Origin: Felis catus
Lineage: Eukaryota
Direction: 5' to 3'
NCBI RefSeq assembly: GCF_018350175.1
Contig: NC_058368.1
Location: 130,202,001-130,266,000 of the forward strand
Length of the DNA: 64,000 nt
Position numbers and translations under genes: made by a program. Below the pieces are notes generated by a model, which was not told where the DNA came from, made no database searches, and saw only the letters and a list, made by a program, of their open reading frames with translations. Below, piece after piece: positions 11,826-25,030 of this stretch. Numbering within the stretch: the first letter of the stretch is position 1; each line of letters starts with the position of its first letter.

Positions 11826-12504
11826 GTAAGCATACAATGTTTTTCATAAACACTAAATTAAATGCAAACATACTTTTATATTGTCATCACTTTGAAGAGA
11901 TTTATCTTTCACAGCAAAGAATTATCTCTAGCTCATAAATTCAGTCCATGCTTCACTTAGAAGAGTGTTTGTTTTTCTAAATCTAATCCTAAGAAATCAG
12001 CCATGAGCTTCCCAAATATTTCATTCTTGTTAATGATGCTTGCTTTAAATTCAAATCCCATTTCTCAATATCTCTTTGACATAGTCAAGAAGCTCTGTCA
12101 TTTTCCAGCTATTCCTAGTATGTTAAGAGGATTTTGAAGCTATCTATTAATGAATGCTGCTCCCCTCCTTTCCCTCCCCACAGCATCTCTCTAGAGCAAG
12201 AAGGAGGGTGCATGCTTATTTGACCCTAGATTTGGGGAAAGAGAGTGGACTGAGCAAATCTGAGATGCTGTTAGGGGTTGAAATTGAGGGTGTTTTGGTT
12301 ACAAGTGTGCTAGCCAGAGATCACTTCCCGAAGGGTAGGTATTTTCTGTTTGACTTTGGAATGAATATAAGAAAACAGGTAAGGCAACCTCCCATTTACT
12401 GAGTACTCACGATGTGCATGGTGTTGGTCTGAGTGCACAGAACTCACTGTATCAGATCCTTATAGTAATCTCATGGGTAAATATTAAGATTTCTCATCAT
12501 TTAT

Positions 12505-12722
12505 TAATTTTTTTAAAGTTTATTTTTTTTCATTTTGAGAGAGACAGACAGACAGACAGACTACAAGTATGGGAGGGGCAGAGAAAGAGAGAAAATCCCA
12601 AGCAGGCTCCGTGCTGCCAGTACTGAACCTGATGCAGGGCTTGATCCCAGGAACCACAAGAGCACACCCTAAGCTGAGATCAAGACTCAGATGCTCAACC
12701 AGCTGAGCCACCCAGGCACCCC
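12505..12722 (-). mobile_element. Can-SINE inserted in a MIR
   Basis: AAATCCCAAGCAGGCTCC...CTGAGCCACCCAGGCACCCC; MIR-like flanks spanning ~12400-12870. Confidence 0.9.
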
Positions 12723-14050
12723 ATGATTGTTCACCATTTAAACATGGGCGAATGTATCAGATAACTTGCTTATTTAGGAGAGGTAAGGTTGCAAAGCTGG
12801 TTAGTGGCATATCGGGATTTGAACACATATGTCTGAGTCCAGCACCCATGCGGTGCTCCATTCACTCCACATAGATTATTGAGGGGAGTCAAAAGAAGGC
12901 ACCAGAGGAAGCATTTCTTCATTTTATATATAAGAAATAAGGAGATGCCCATTTGTCAACATTAATTCAGGAAACATTTATTAAGTCCCCCGGGGTACGT
13001 GGGGGCACTTAGAAGGATATTACCTCTCAGAGAGGTGGTGTGTTAGAGGCGCTGTGTTAAGAGTATTGTGTCATGAGCACTCTATTAGGCACACTGGCAC
13101 TTTCAGACATGGACTCTAGGGTAGCAGAATCTTCTGTCTTCTCACTTATACCAAGAACCAGAGTGTAAACAAAGAGATCCCTCATCTAATGGGGGCCGAA
13201 GTGCTGAGACAGTCGTTCAAAGCTCTAAATCATTTTTCAGACCTTCCTGAAGGTTCCCTGGGGATACTTCAAAATTCAATTCAGTATGTGTTTCGTAAGT
13301 GCTGACAATATGCCTAGTGGAGGGCTTGTACTGAAGAGACCGAGGTGATTAAGACATCTTTCCTCTCCTTGAAGAGGTCCCAGTCTAATGGGGGTCATTT
13401 ATCTGTTCCAGGTACAAATGTAGAGATCCTGTCACACTCAGAAATAGAGAAATGTGTGAGTGCCTCTATCCCAAGTAGGGTTTGAAAATCAGTATGTAAA
13501 CATCTGCAGTATAATACCATAGGAAAACCAATGTAAAGTTATGAGGAAAAGGGGGGTAAAAAGGTCAGGGTGATAAAATTACACCTGGAAAATTGTTAGC
13601 ACATGAGGCAATACCTAACATCGTTGTCAGCTGGTCTTCGGCTTCCTGGCTGTCAGAGCAAACAGGGGAACGTGATCAGTCCCCAGGCACACGAGAGCCC
13701 CAGAAACATATCTGTTCTTCAAGAAAGGTATGTGTTTTTCCTGGTTTCAAAACCTGGGAAAAGTTTTTGCTCTGTGTCATACCAGAGAACCATGTGAAAT
13801 AGTGACCCATAGCCTCAACATCATAGAATGTTCCAGCAATAAACACAATTGGTATTTCCAAGTGTCAGCTTATTAGCACACCAGCTAAGTTAATAATGCC
13901 AAAGTGAAATTCCAGGAATAAACATCCACTGGGGCCAAAGTGGTCAGTCCAGGATCATGTTGGCTATTGCTGTGGTTTCACCTTTGGCTTGAAATTTGCC
14001 TCTCGGGACATATTCCAAGGGTATCTCTGGAAAGGAGTTAGGTGCTTTGC

Positions 14051-14068
14051 TTTTTTTTTTTTTAAATT

Positions 14069-14123
<55 letters not shown>

Positions 14124-14127
14124 TTTT
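14051..14127. repeat. poly-T/(TTTA)n microsatellite
   Basis: directly visible. Confidence 0.9.
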
Positions 14128-14971
14128 AGACCAGGTGTACTCAACCTCACACTTATGGCAGCTTGATCACGTGCTGGTTTTTTTTTTTTTTTTTTTGTGA
14201 TTGTTGCATATTTGGGAATAAGATGGACAGTTGTCTCTGCTCTGTTACTTACGTTGTATCATCACTGTGGGTGATTTGCTTACCTCCACTAAGCTTTATT
14301 TTTTCTCTTCTATGAGTTGGGAGAGTAGTATTTCCTTCACAATTTTATTGGGAAAAGCAGAGGAAACTACGTGCATAATCACAAAGCTTGTGCTCAGGGT
14401 AGAGCAAACACTCATTTAACATTGGATGTCCGGACAAAGTTACTGATAATTTTGGTAAAAATGTCACTTGCTCACATTACAGGGAGCTGTCCTTTTTTCC
14501 TTAATGCCTTTAGTGTCATCACAAACATTTATTCCATTAGTATATTTGGCTACATTTTATCCCTACTAGGCATTCAGTGTAGGATTTCTAATGGCTTCTT
14601 TAATTTTGAGTAATTTTTAAATATAATCCTAGAACTTTTTGCTAAAAGCCAGGACATACACCTGATCATCTTAGGTTTATGAAAAAAAGCACAAAACAAA
14701 TGAAACAAAAACACTTTAGGCCAACAGATGCTTCCTCAGGCTCTACCAAGACCCTGGGTTACCATAGGATAGAAAACCACATCCATAGCTTAGAGGAATA
14801 CATTAGAGACCTGTGAGGCTGTAGGTTTAATTTTAATTTAAATTAAGATTTTCAGAAGGAGTGATTTCATTAATACCCTTGGTTAGTAGACAAGTACTAA
14901 TTTGCATATCTGTACAGTACATACTCAAAGCAGGTGATAAAGGTTCGCAGTATAAAAGGCTCAGAAGGCAG

Positions 14972-15160
14972 GAGCACCTACGTGGCTCAATCTGTTGAGC
15001 TTTTGACTTAGCTCAGAGCATGATCTCATAGTTCATGAGTTCAAGCCCCACACTGGGCTTGCTGCTCTCAACACAGAGCCTGCTTTGGATCCTCTGTCTC
15101 CCTCTTTCTCTTAAGCCCCACTTGGGCTCTCTCAAAAATAAATAAAAATGAATATTTTTT
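14972..15160 (+). mobile_element. Can-SINE with perfect 17-bp TSD
   Basis: SINEC head and body; AAAGGCTCAGAAGGCAG at 14955-14971 and 15161-15177. Confidence 0.93.
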
Positions 15161-16510
15161 AAAGGCTCAGAAGGCAGATAGTGTCTGACCTCCATGGGCC
15201 GCATATCTGTGTCCTCACAAAAAGCCTGTACTTCGTTAAGTGCTCATAGGTGTAAATGTGTGCTTGCTCTGTTTTTCTAATCTTGGCTCCTTCTTTACCC
15301 CTCTCAGTGCAAGTCTCTTGTGTAGATCCCTTCAAGTTAGCTGACCAGGTGCCAGCTAAGCTTCTGACCCACTCTCTGTCACTTCTTAGGGGACAAATCA
15401 GTAGATTTGTCTCAGTAGATGGTCAGGGGGTTATGGGTCAACATTACAAGGTTTCTGTTGAGTTTCCCTGTGAATAGGTACAATATGAATTTCAACAACT
15501 GTTTGTTGGAAATTAGAGCCCTGTAGCTATGATTTGAATGCCTGCATGTGTCATGTGACACTGCATAAGGTCACACTGTCCCAGTCCCATTTCATACTTT
15601 GATTTGGAAGGCAGACTGGAGAACATTTTATTAAGTGTGCAAATTAGATCATGTTAAGTAAGTGTCTTGAGTACCTGGGAGACAAAGACTAGATTTCAGA
15701 GTAACTTTAGAGAATGAATCCGACATAGTGGAAATTTAGGCAGGATTTTATGAATGTACACCCACAAATACACACACACATATGCACAGAGAGAGAGAGT
15801 GAGAGCCAGAGAGGCAAAAAGAGAGTCTGACATCATTATATATCCTCATTATATATACTATGACATCATTGTATCTCTCCATGCTTGGCACAGAGTAATT
15901 AGTGAATAAGTATCAGTTTATTTGAAATAATCTAACAAACATTACCTCAAAAATATTAGGACAGGCCTTCTAGCAATTTGGTTCACAAAGATATCCAAAG
16001 TTAAGGATTTTTAAAAATTAACTAAAAAAACAAACTTTGTAATTTTTACCTATTTTCAGTGTCAGTTGCTTTAGTTGCTAAAACAAAACTTCAAAAACAA
16101 AACAAAACAATACAAAATACCTTATAGAACAATAAAGAAACAAAAGCTGGTGTTCTTTTTATGCCTTTTATTTCCTCCTTATCCTGAAGATATGGTTGAA
16201 GCTACAATAGATGCTGATTAACTTTTAATTTGGATTTGTGGTAGATTTTGTTCCCATTTGTTGTTTACACAGAATTCCCCCACCTGTGAGGAAGTTCTGG
16301 GTCCTCAGTAATTCTGGGATAATAATAATCTCTCCTATGCTGCAAACACAATTGGTAGACAAACGTACTGAAATGATCAATATCTAAGATCCTCTAGAGT
16401 GGAGAGGATGGCCGAGAACCATAATAAACAGAAGATGAATTTCAGATGGAAGGGTATGTTTGTTCACTGTTTACCATGCTAGGTGACCTGAGAGAGCACA
16501 GCTATGTAAA

Positions 16511-16836
16511 AGAGTATTACTCAGCCATAAAGAAGAATGAAACCTTGCCATTTGCAATGATGTGGATGGAGCTAGAGAGTGTTATGCTTCAGCGAAATAA
16601 GTCAGAGGAAGACAAATATCATATGATATCAGTCATAGGTGGAATTAAAGCACATAATCAAAGGTGAGGTGGATGGGGGGGTTGGGTTAAATAGGTGAAG
16701 GGGATTAAGGAGGGCACTTGTTGTGATGAGCTCTGTGTGATGTATGTAAGTGTTGAATCACTAAATTGTACACCTGAAACTAATGTTATAGTGTATGTTG
16801 ACTAACTGGAATTGAAGTAAAAACTAACTAAATAAA
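16511..16836 (+). mobile_element. L1 3' end fragment (L1_Carn-like)
   Basis: EYYSAIKKNETLPFAMMWMELE (ORF2 end), then 3' UTR TGTACACCTGAAACTAAT. Confidence 0.9.
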
Positions 16837-17477
16837 GGAATGGTCTGCTTTGGCCTTTTCTGGGGGCTGTTCTTGCCTAAAACAGCCAGTTCGTATTTAT
16901 ATCAAGTTCTGGATTTTTCTTTTGCTTTGTGACCTCTGGATGCTGTCTCAAGCAGTTCTTTCTCTCATTCTGCCTCCTCTTTCAAGTGTTTTCTTTAAGT
17001 GTTTCACACTCTTTTGGTAAGCTTTAAATAAAATCAACCCAGGCCAGAGAACTTACAACTTGAAACAAAAAAGAATTCTCACCTACTTGGTGGATTTCCC
17101 CCGCGTCTTTAGATGTTTTCATTATTTTTGGCAATTAGGATAGATGTAGAGGAAAAAGAAATTTGAAACAATTAATTGTTAACTTTCCATGGACTAGATA
17201 AAATTGTCATTTTTTTTTCTTACCTATCTTTGCTTTTTGTTCAATGGTGAAGTCTACTTGGAACTCTGGAGCTCTGGTAGCCAACTTTTTGGGAAGAACA
17301 GTCACAGGATTAAACACAGATAGACACTTTTCCCTTCCTGCTTGTGTGATTTCTGGATGCTTCCCCTTCTATAAAATTAAAGTAATTCTACCTACTTCCC
17401 AGGACTGAAATGTTGCTTAAAAGCTCTGATCTATGTGAAGCCCTTAGCATGGCGCATGTAACATAAATGGTAGTTGT

Positions 17478-18543
17478 ATCATCAACAAAATGAAAAGGCA
17501 GCCTACTGAGTGGAAAAAAATATTTGCAAGTTATACATCTGACAAGGAGTTAATATCCAAAATATATAAATAATTCATATTTCTCAATAGCACAAAATCC
17601 AACAAAAGTTCTGAATAGATATATTTCCACGGAAGACATAGAGATGGCCAACAGTACATGAAGAGATGCTCACCATCACTGATCATCAGGGAACTGCAAA
17701 TTGAAACCACAATGAGATATCACCTTGTTAGGATGGTTATAATAAAAAATACAGAGATAATGCTGTGGATGGTGTGAAGAAACGGGAACCGTTGTGCACT
17801 GTTGGTCTGGCTGGTATGGAGAACAGTATGGGGATTCCTTAAAAAATTAAAAATAGAATTACCATATGATCCAGCAATTTCATTTCTGTGTAAGAAAACA
17901 ACACCAATTCACAAAGACAATAGGCACCCCCATGTTAATTGTAGAATTATTACAGTATCCAAGCCTTGGAAACAAGCTAAGGTGTTCATCAATGGATAAG
18001 TGAATAAAGAAAAATTTTATATACATAAAATGGAATATTATTTAGCTGTACAAAAGAATGAAATCTTGGTACTTGAGACCACATAGATGGATCTTGCAGG
18101 CATAATGCTAGCTGAACGAAGTCAGAGAAACACAAATACCGTATGATCCCACTTACATGGGGAATCTAGAACAACAACAAAACTCAAAACCAAGTTCATA
18201 GATACAGTGAACAAATTGGTGGAGGAGCAAGGGTAGGGGTTGTGTGAGATGGGTGGAGGGGGTTAAAAGGTACAAACTTCCAGTTAAATAGTAAAGAGGT
18301 CATAGGAATATAGTTTAAAGCATGGTGACTATAGTTAATAATGCTGCTGCATATTTGAAAGTTGCTAAGAGAGTACAACTTAAAGGTCTTCATCACAAGA
18401 AAAAATATTTTTTGTGACTTTGTATGGTGATGAATGTTAACCCAGATTATTGTGGTGATCATTTGACACTACATACAAATATTGAATCATTATGTTGAAC
18501 GCCTGCAAGTAATATTACATGCCAATTGTACCTTAATAAAAAA
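17478..18543 (+). mobile_element. L1 3' portion (L1MA9/L1_Carn-like)
   Basis: ATCAACAAAATGAAAAGGCAGCCTACTG..., [15 protein letters not shown], 3' UTR ending CCAATTGTACCTTAATAAAAAA. Confidence 0.93.
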
Positions 18544-19139
18544 TTATTGGCATAGTCACACTGAGAATATAATTCATTCAAAAGACTTCATATTTTATTT
18601 ATATAGTTCAATAAAATGTGTTCAAATACAAAAAGAAAAAACAAACAAACAAAAATGGCAGTCATTATTATTTAGTAATGGGTTAATTAGCCAGTAAGAT
18701 TTGGGATTGTAGTCCCAGTGAATATAATCACATTAAAATATTGTCAGATTTGAGACTTGTTTATGTTTGATAAAACATAAATTTCCCTTTAAATTCCCTT
18801 TAAATTCCCTGTACCTATTGATAGAGCCTGTCACAAGGAAAATTAAAATCCAGGCAACATGACATTTTGCACTGTACTTTTCCACAGAGAATAAGCATAT
18901 GTTAAGACTCCAAGGAGAGGATGAAGTGATGCCTATTTAGACCCGTAACTGCCTTGTCCTCTGGTGCTTCACAGACACTGGTGTCATAACTTGTTAAGAA
19001 GCAGAGCAGAAGAAGATTCTGTGGTCAAACACATTTAGGAAGTAGTTCCCATTGCAGGACATGGACTGTTGTTGCCTTGGGCTGTTCCAGTCAAAAACAT
19101 AGGAATCCCTTTTGCTTCTCTCTTTCCCTTACCCCTTGC

Positions 19140-19700
19140 TTTCCAGTCCACCAGCAAGTCTTCTCCCCCCCATTTCCAAAGTGTATCCTCTGGCTCATCC
19201 ACTTCTCTCTGTCTTCTCAGTTCTGCCCTCCAAACAGATCATCCTAAGCCATGATGCAACCTACCTGCCCACCTCCATGCCCCCCACAGTGAACAGCGAA
19301 ATCACAGTGTTTCATTCCCCTAACTTTGAGCCCTCCGTGATTTCCCATTACTCTGAGAGTAGATCCATATGGTTTCCTCATCCCTGCTGCTCTCTGACCT
19401 CATATTACTGGTTCGTTCACCCCATTCTGGTCCCACAGGCCTTATTTCTGCCCTTGAATATGACAATCTTACTTCTGGCTGAGGGCCTTAGCCTGGAGAA
19501 CCCTTCGTTTGGAGCTCGTTTTTGTAAACACCTCCACATACCATCTTTCCTTACATGCTATAGCACATCTTCCTGTTGTATGTTATTTTTAGAGATCATG
19601 CCAAGTTATTTATAACTTGTTCCTAGCCTTGCTTGGAGAGTAAATCTTTTTCAAGAATGCTGTTTTATCACCAAGTGCCCAGTACAGTGCCTGGCATTTC
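19140..19700 (+). mobile_element. L2 3' fragment
   Basis: pyrimidine-rich body ending AGTACAGTGCCTGGCA, typical of the L2 3' end. Confidence 0.55.
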
Positions 19701-20936
19701 CACCAAGTGTCTGTAGATACCCCCTGGTATCTCATAGACATTCACATATTTATTGTTCTGGTTAAATAGCAGCTGGTGCTAGCCCTTACACATCCCTAAA
19801 AATATGGCCGTATTTTTGTTCATTAGTTCTTTTAAGATATGCTCTTAGCCATAAAATGAAGTACCATTTTTGTTTACTGTAATGACATCTTTAGATGAAA
19901 CTTACAAAGTTTTTTTTTTTTTTTTTTTTTTTTAAACTTGCAAAGTTAAAGCTTGTTTTCTTCCACTGGGGGGCAATTTTAAATTTAAAGTAAGAAAGTA
20001 TATCTTGGTCTCCATGACTATAAAACTGGACTTGAAGCGTTAAAAATTTATATTTTTAGACATTCAATTAAATACTTTTCTTAAGCCCTGGAGCAGCTGG
20101 TAAACATCACACACTAAACAAAAAAGTCTTGTTTTCATTTTACGTTTTACTTTCAGATGATAGATATATTCGATAAATATAATACATTTATTTCAAACCC
20201 TAAAGCAATTTTAAAAGAATGAATGTCAGATGGAGATTTATTTTTCAGAATTCTTGGAATGGCTGCGTAGACTATTTTATTAGATGGTGACTTTAATTTT
20301 TAATTAAAGTTAAAAAAATGCTTTTGTCATCAGAAACCAGTTTAGTAATATTTCAGTGTATTTTCTTCTTTACTAGAATATTTCCTATGTAGACTTGGGT
20401 TTTCAAAGCAACAGAAATATTTTTCGAATGAAATATTCTAGAGCTCCAATATTTTAAAACAGAAATATCCTGACCCAAATAGTCATTAGTTGTATGAGCT
20501 TTGGAAAATTACTTAACCGTTGAGTCTGTTTTCCCTTGTATAAAATACAGATAGCAATGTTTATTTTATTGACTGGTAGGAATTAAATGTGACACTTCCA
20601 GCTAAGTGCTTGACATAAAACAGTCCCTCAATAAGTGCTAGTTATTTTTTATGTTGCTCTCCTTTTACTACATTCATCCCACTGAATTCCTACTGTGTGC
20701 CTAACATTTGCTAGCTACTAAATATGACAGGACTGAGTGAGACCGGGTCGCTGACCTCAGGCTTGTAGAGGGCCTTTGCATTAATGACTTTTAGTATGGC
20801 TTGAGGGTTAGGGTTTATAATGTACGTAAGCTTATATGTTATACTTGTTATCTATAAAGGAATAAATAAATAATACATAAATCTTTATATATAGTAGTCA
20901 AAGTTCCAAGGTTAAGTTAAAAAACATTGAGGTATA

Positions 20937-21134
20937 GGGCTCTTGGGTGGCTCAGTTGGTTGAGCCTCCAACTCTTGTTTTTGGCTCAGGTCATGATCCC
21001 ACCGCTCATAAGTCCGAGCCCTGCATCGGGGTCTAAATGAGCACTGTGGGGCCTGCTTAGGATTCATTCTCTCTCTCTGCTTCTTCCCTGCTCAGGCCCT
21101 CTCTCTCCCTCTCTCTCAGAATAAGCATTTTAAA
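20937..21134 (+). mobile_element. Can-SINE
   Basis: GGGCTCTTGGGTGGCTCAGTTGGTTGAGC...GGTCATGATCCC; TSD cattgaggt(a/t)tagg. Confidence 0.92.
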
Positions 21135-21154
21135 AAAAGCATTGAGGTTTAGGG

Positions 21155-21233
21155 TTACAGAATCACTACTTTGTACTCCTGAAACAAACATGACATTGTG
21201 TGTTAACTGTACCTCAACTAAAAAAAAACAAAC
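21155..21233 (+). mobile_element. Very short L1 3' terminus
   Basis: GAATCACTA...TTGTACTCCTGAAAC...ACATTGTGTGTTAACTGTACCTCAA plus A tail. Confidence 0.8.
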
Positions 21234-23833
21234 AAATATTGGGGTAGACAAGTGTGTTTGTGTGGTATTCACTAGTGTTTGGTACTTCTAGAGTTCCAAA
21301 GCCAAGTTGGTAAAAAAAAAAAAAAAAAAAAAAGCTGTGATGGTTTCACTCTAGGACTTCTCAGGGTCTTACTTTGGGAAGATATAGTATGACCATCTAA
21401 GAAAAGCTGTGGCAGTTTGGTGCACATGTGATTTGGTGCACAATTTGATTTGTAAATTTTGAGTCAGTATTACACATGTTTTATGGGACTGTCTAGGAAG
21501 AAGGGAAATTTGCAGTTGAAGCTACCATTCTTCTGTTGATTGTACTTCCCCATGTGGGATTCACATTGGACCTAAAGATGAATACAATGTCAATGGGTAG
21601 AAAAGAGGGATAAGGAAGTCATTCTGGGAAGGAGAAAGTGCATGAGAGGTTCTTTCTTGGGGAGTAAGCATTAAGCAACTATTTTTTCTACGGACTATTA
21701 TGAATTAAATGAATTTATATACAAATGTATATGTAAGTGATATGAATTTAATAAAAATTAGGATAAGAGGAACAGCTGGCATTCAGGTAGTGTTTGAAAA
21801 GCTGTATAAAGCCTCAACACACTTATATTCTAAGATTTTCAACTTCTCCATTGAGGGGTTTTATAATAATTCTAGATTTCATTCTTTTTCCAACCTTATG
21901 ACCTTGGTAGGTATTTTTGGTAAACGCATGATTCCATAGCTCTTCCCAAGATCTGTTTGTATGAAACCACTAACATTTTAGAACAAAACAGAAGCTTTGC
22001 CAAGCTTGTGAAGATTTAAATATGTTTATGAGCGATTTTACGTGTGTATGGAAAAGCTGTTTTCACTGTTCCTCCCAATTTGTCACACAGCTCCTTACCA
22101 TTCCCCCTATCTTCCTCCAACCCTCCTGTACCAGCTGTTTGAGCCAGGAGCCCCACTTTCCTGACTGTGTCCTCATGGTGCCCTCACCCTGGCCCCCTAC
22201 TGTGTCATCCCTCTTGGTTTCCTTCCCTCTGATTGCATGGATTGTCATACTGGCTTTCCAGACAGTTGGGCTTCAGTTAGACAGGTATGTATTCTGGATC
22301 CCGTCCTCCCTCTGCCCTTGCTAGAGGTAGTCCCTCATCAGTCTCTTAAATTCTCACAGGAGAAGCTTGGAGGAGACCTGAAGGGCTCTCCTTCAGTTCC
22401 CCCAATTCTATACAATTTTAGGGGCTTTTTCAAGACCAAACTCCATCTTTAAGGACTATAACCCAGTGTTTCCCTGTCTTTCTACCGCTGACGGTCTGTC
22501 TTATAATTTTCTTCCCTTGACTCCAGATTTTATGAGAATTTTGTCTACTGAACAAATATAACTAAGGATATATTTCCCTGTTAATTAGAGCTTTCATTTG
22601 GCTTGAAATAAGTATCAGCATTCTTGGTGTTTTAGCCTGAGCATCATAAATATGTTATAGTTTGAATAAATGAATGACATACAAAGAGAATTTTGATATT
22701 AAAAAGGCTCTAGGAGCCCAGGAGGAACAGGGATTCAAGGCTAAAAAAATCATTTAAACTAGGAGAACATTTCTAATGGTGAAGATTCCAATAGGCAGTG
22801 CTATCTCAGACTTGTTGGAAGAATGGAAGGGACAACAGGATTTGACTTTCTGCTCAGTTCCTACTGTACGAATCCTTGCCAGTGCTTATTAACATGTACA
22901 CTTGCTCACTGTCATGTGTGCTTACATACCAGACGTGTGAACATTTTCTCCTTGTGGAAGTCTGGGGGAAATTCCGGAAATGTAACTTTGTATTGATAAT
23001 TTGTAATCTGAACTTAATGGTCACTCTTTTCCGAAGTTACCAAATAATAGAGGAGACTCTTAAGCTAGTCTCAAGAAGATTTCAAAAAAAAAAAAAATAT
23101 GCTAACTGTCAAGGATTTAGTGATTAAGAAAAGAAAAATGCCAGCTTCCCTTTTCTTCCATTCTCACCAAAAGACAGTTTTATCAATGGTTTTTCCCTAG
23201 CAGGGAAAATCCTTAACTACAACAGTCCTGTTTATTATTGAGAATAGACCTTTCTTTTCATGGAAATTGAAGAAATAGAGGACCTCAGCTCTCTGTAGTA
23301 TTTAAGGAGAGCCAGGAGAGATTCTATACTACTGGTGGAGGGAACAAACTAGAAAATCAATCAGGAGCTGAAGTGGAGGAGTCTTGGTAAATGACTTTGA
23401 GAAGCACCTGAGATTTAATGTTGAAAGAGATAAATGAAGATGTTGCAAATCTGTACTGCTGTCAAATTTACAAATGGGATCACATCAATACTAGAACAAA
23501 CTCTGTGGGTTTCACATTTCATAGCAAAGCGAAGGAAAGAAAAGTTGCAGTTCAATAAAAAAAAGAATCACATTCTTTCTATGAAATGCAATGGTATGAT
23601 AGATAGCCAGAGAGAAAGACTTACTGGAACAGGCAAGAAAGTAACTTTTAGGTGTTTGGTAAAAAAGATAATAGATAAAGGAAGTAACTGTTGAATAAGA
23701 AAAGTACCTTTATATCTATGTTTTAAGAAATTTATTTGGAACCAGCAGAATTTTTGAAGATAAGTACTCAGTTTTTTAATAGGTTTTGATATACAGAAAG
23801 ATATATTCCTAATGTATATATCCCCTAATATTA

Positions 23834-23884
<51 letters not shown>
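23834..23884. repeat. (CTAT)n / GATA microsatellite
   Basis: directly visible. Confidence 0.95.
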
Positions 23885-23889
23885 ATTTT

Positions 23890-25030
23890 CACTGATTGAA
23901 GTCCATACCTCATTCAGAGTTCCCAAGTTTTCCCCTGATGTCCTCTTTCTGTTCCAGAATCCCATCGAGGATATCACAGGACATTTCATTGCCATGTCTC
24001 CCTTGGTCCTTTCTTTTTTTTTTTTTTTTTTTAATTTTTTTTTTCAACGTTTATTTATTTTTGGGACAGAGAGAGACAGAACATGAACGGGGGAGGGGCA
24101 GAGAGAGAGGGAGACACAGAATCGGAAACAGGCTCCAGGCTCTGAGCCATCAGCCCAGAGCCTGACGCGGGGCTCGAACTCACGGACCGCGAGATCGTGA
24201 CCTGGCTGAAGTCGGATGCTTAACCGACTGTGCCACCCAGGCGCCCCTCCCTTGGTCCTTTCTTGTTCACGATAGCTTCTCAGACTCTTCTTGCTGATGA
24301 CTTTGAAAGTTTTGAGGAATATTGGTCAGGTATTTTGTGAAATGTCTTTCAGTTGGGATTGGCTTGGTGTGTTTCTCCTGATTACACTGGGATTATAAAT
24401 TGTGAGGAGGAAGACCACAGAGGACAAGTGCCATTCTCACCACATACTTATCACTGTTGACGTGAACCTCGACCACATGGCTGGGGAAATGTGTGTTTGT
24501 CTGGCTTCTCTGCTGTAGAGTTAATCTTTTTACCTTTCCCATACTCTTTGGAAGGAAGACAGTATAAGCAGCACAGACTTAAGGAGTGGAAAGTTGTACT
24601 CCATCTCCTTGAGGGAGGAGCATCTACGTAGATTATTTGAAATTATTCTGCATAGGTGCTTTGTCTCTTCTTCCTTATTTACTTATTTATTCAATAGTTT
24701 ATTCACATTAATATGGACTCATGGATATTTATTTTATACTTAGAGTTATAATTCAACATTATTTTGTTTATTTTGTTGCTTAAATATTTTGAGCTTTGGC
24801 CATACAGAGTTCTTTCAGTTGGCTCCTATGCCTATTGACATACTCCCATGATTGTGGCTTTTAAGTTTTGTTGTTGTTGTTACTGTTCTTTTTTTAAGAA
24901 TTTCCTTACTTCTACTACAAGAAACTCCAGGCTCATCTTGTATATTTTTTGTATTAGTCCTAGAATCAGCCATTGTTCTGAAGACTCCTGGTTCTCTTCA
25001 TTGGAGAATGGTAGGATAAATGAAGATCTG
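23890..25030 (-). mobile_element. Old L1 (L1MC-like) 3' region, interrupted by a SINE
   Basis: GGAGGAAGACCACAGAGG..AAGTGCCATTCTCA, TTTCAGTTGGCTCCT, CCAGGCTCATCTTGTATATTT, TAGAATCAGCCATT. Confidence 0.8.
24016..24247 (-). mobile_element. Young felid SINEC_Fc with perfect 17-bp TSD
   Basis: CpG-rich near-consensus body, long T tail; TCCCTTGGTCCTTTCTT at 23999-24015 and 24248-24264. Confidence 0.97.

Noticed and set aside
18779..18810. Short tandem duplications (AAATTCCCTTT x~3; similar ones near 21416, 29439 and 57281)
   Set aside because: Ordinary replication-slippage duplications.
19112..19615. Longest ORF in the window (167 aa)
   Set aside because: Non-ATG start, low-complexity P/S/L composition, and it overlaps a pyrimidine-rich L2 remnant.
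19961..19977. CTCF-like motif TTCCACTGGGGGGCAAT
   Set aside because: Mismatch at the conserved AG core; insufficient without ChIP data.
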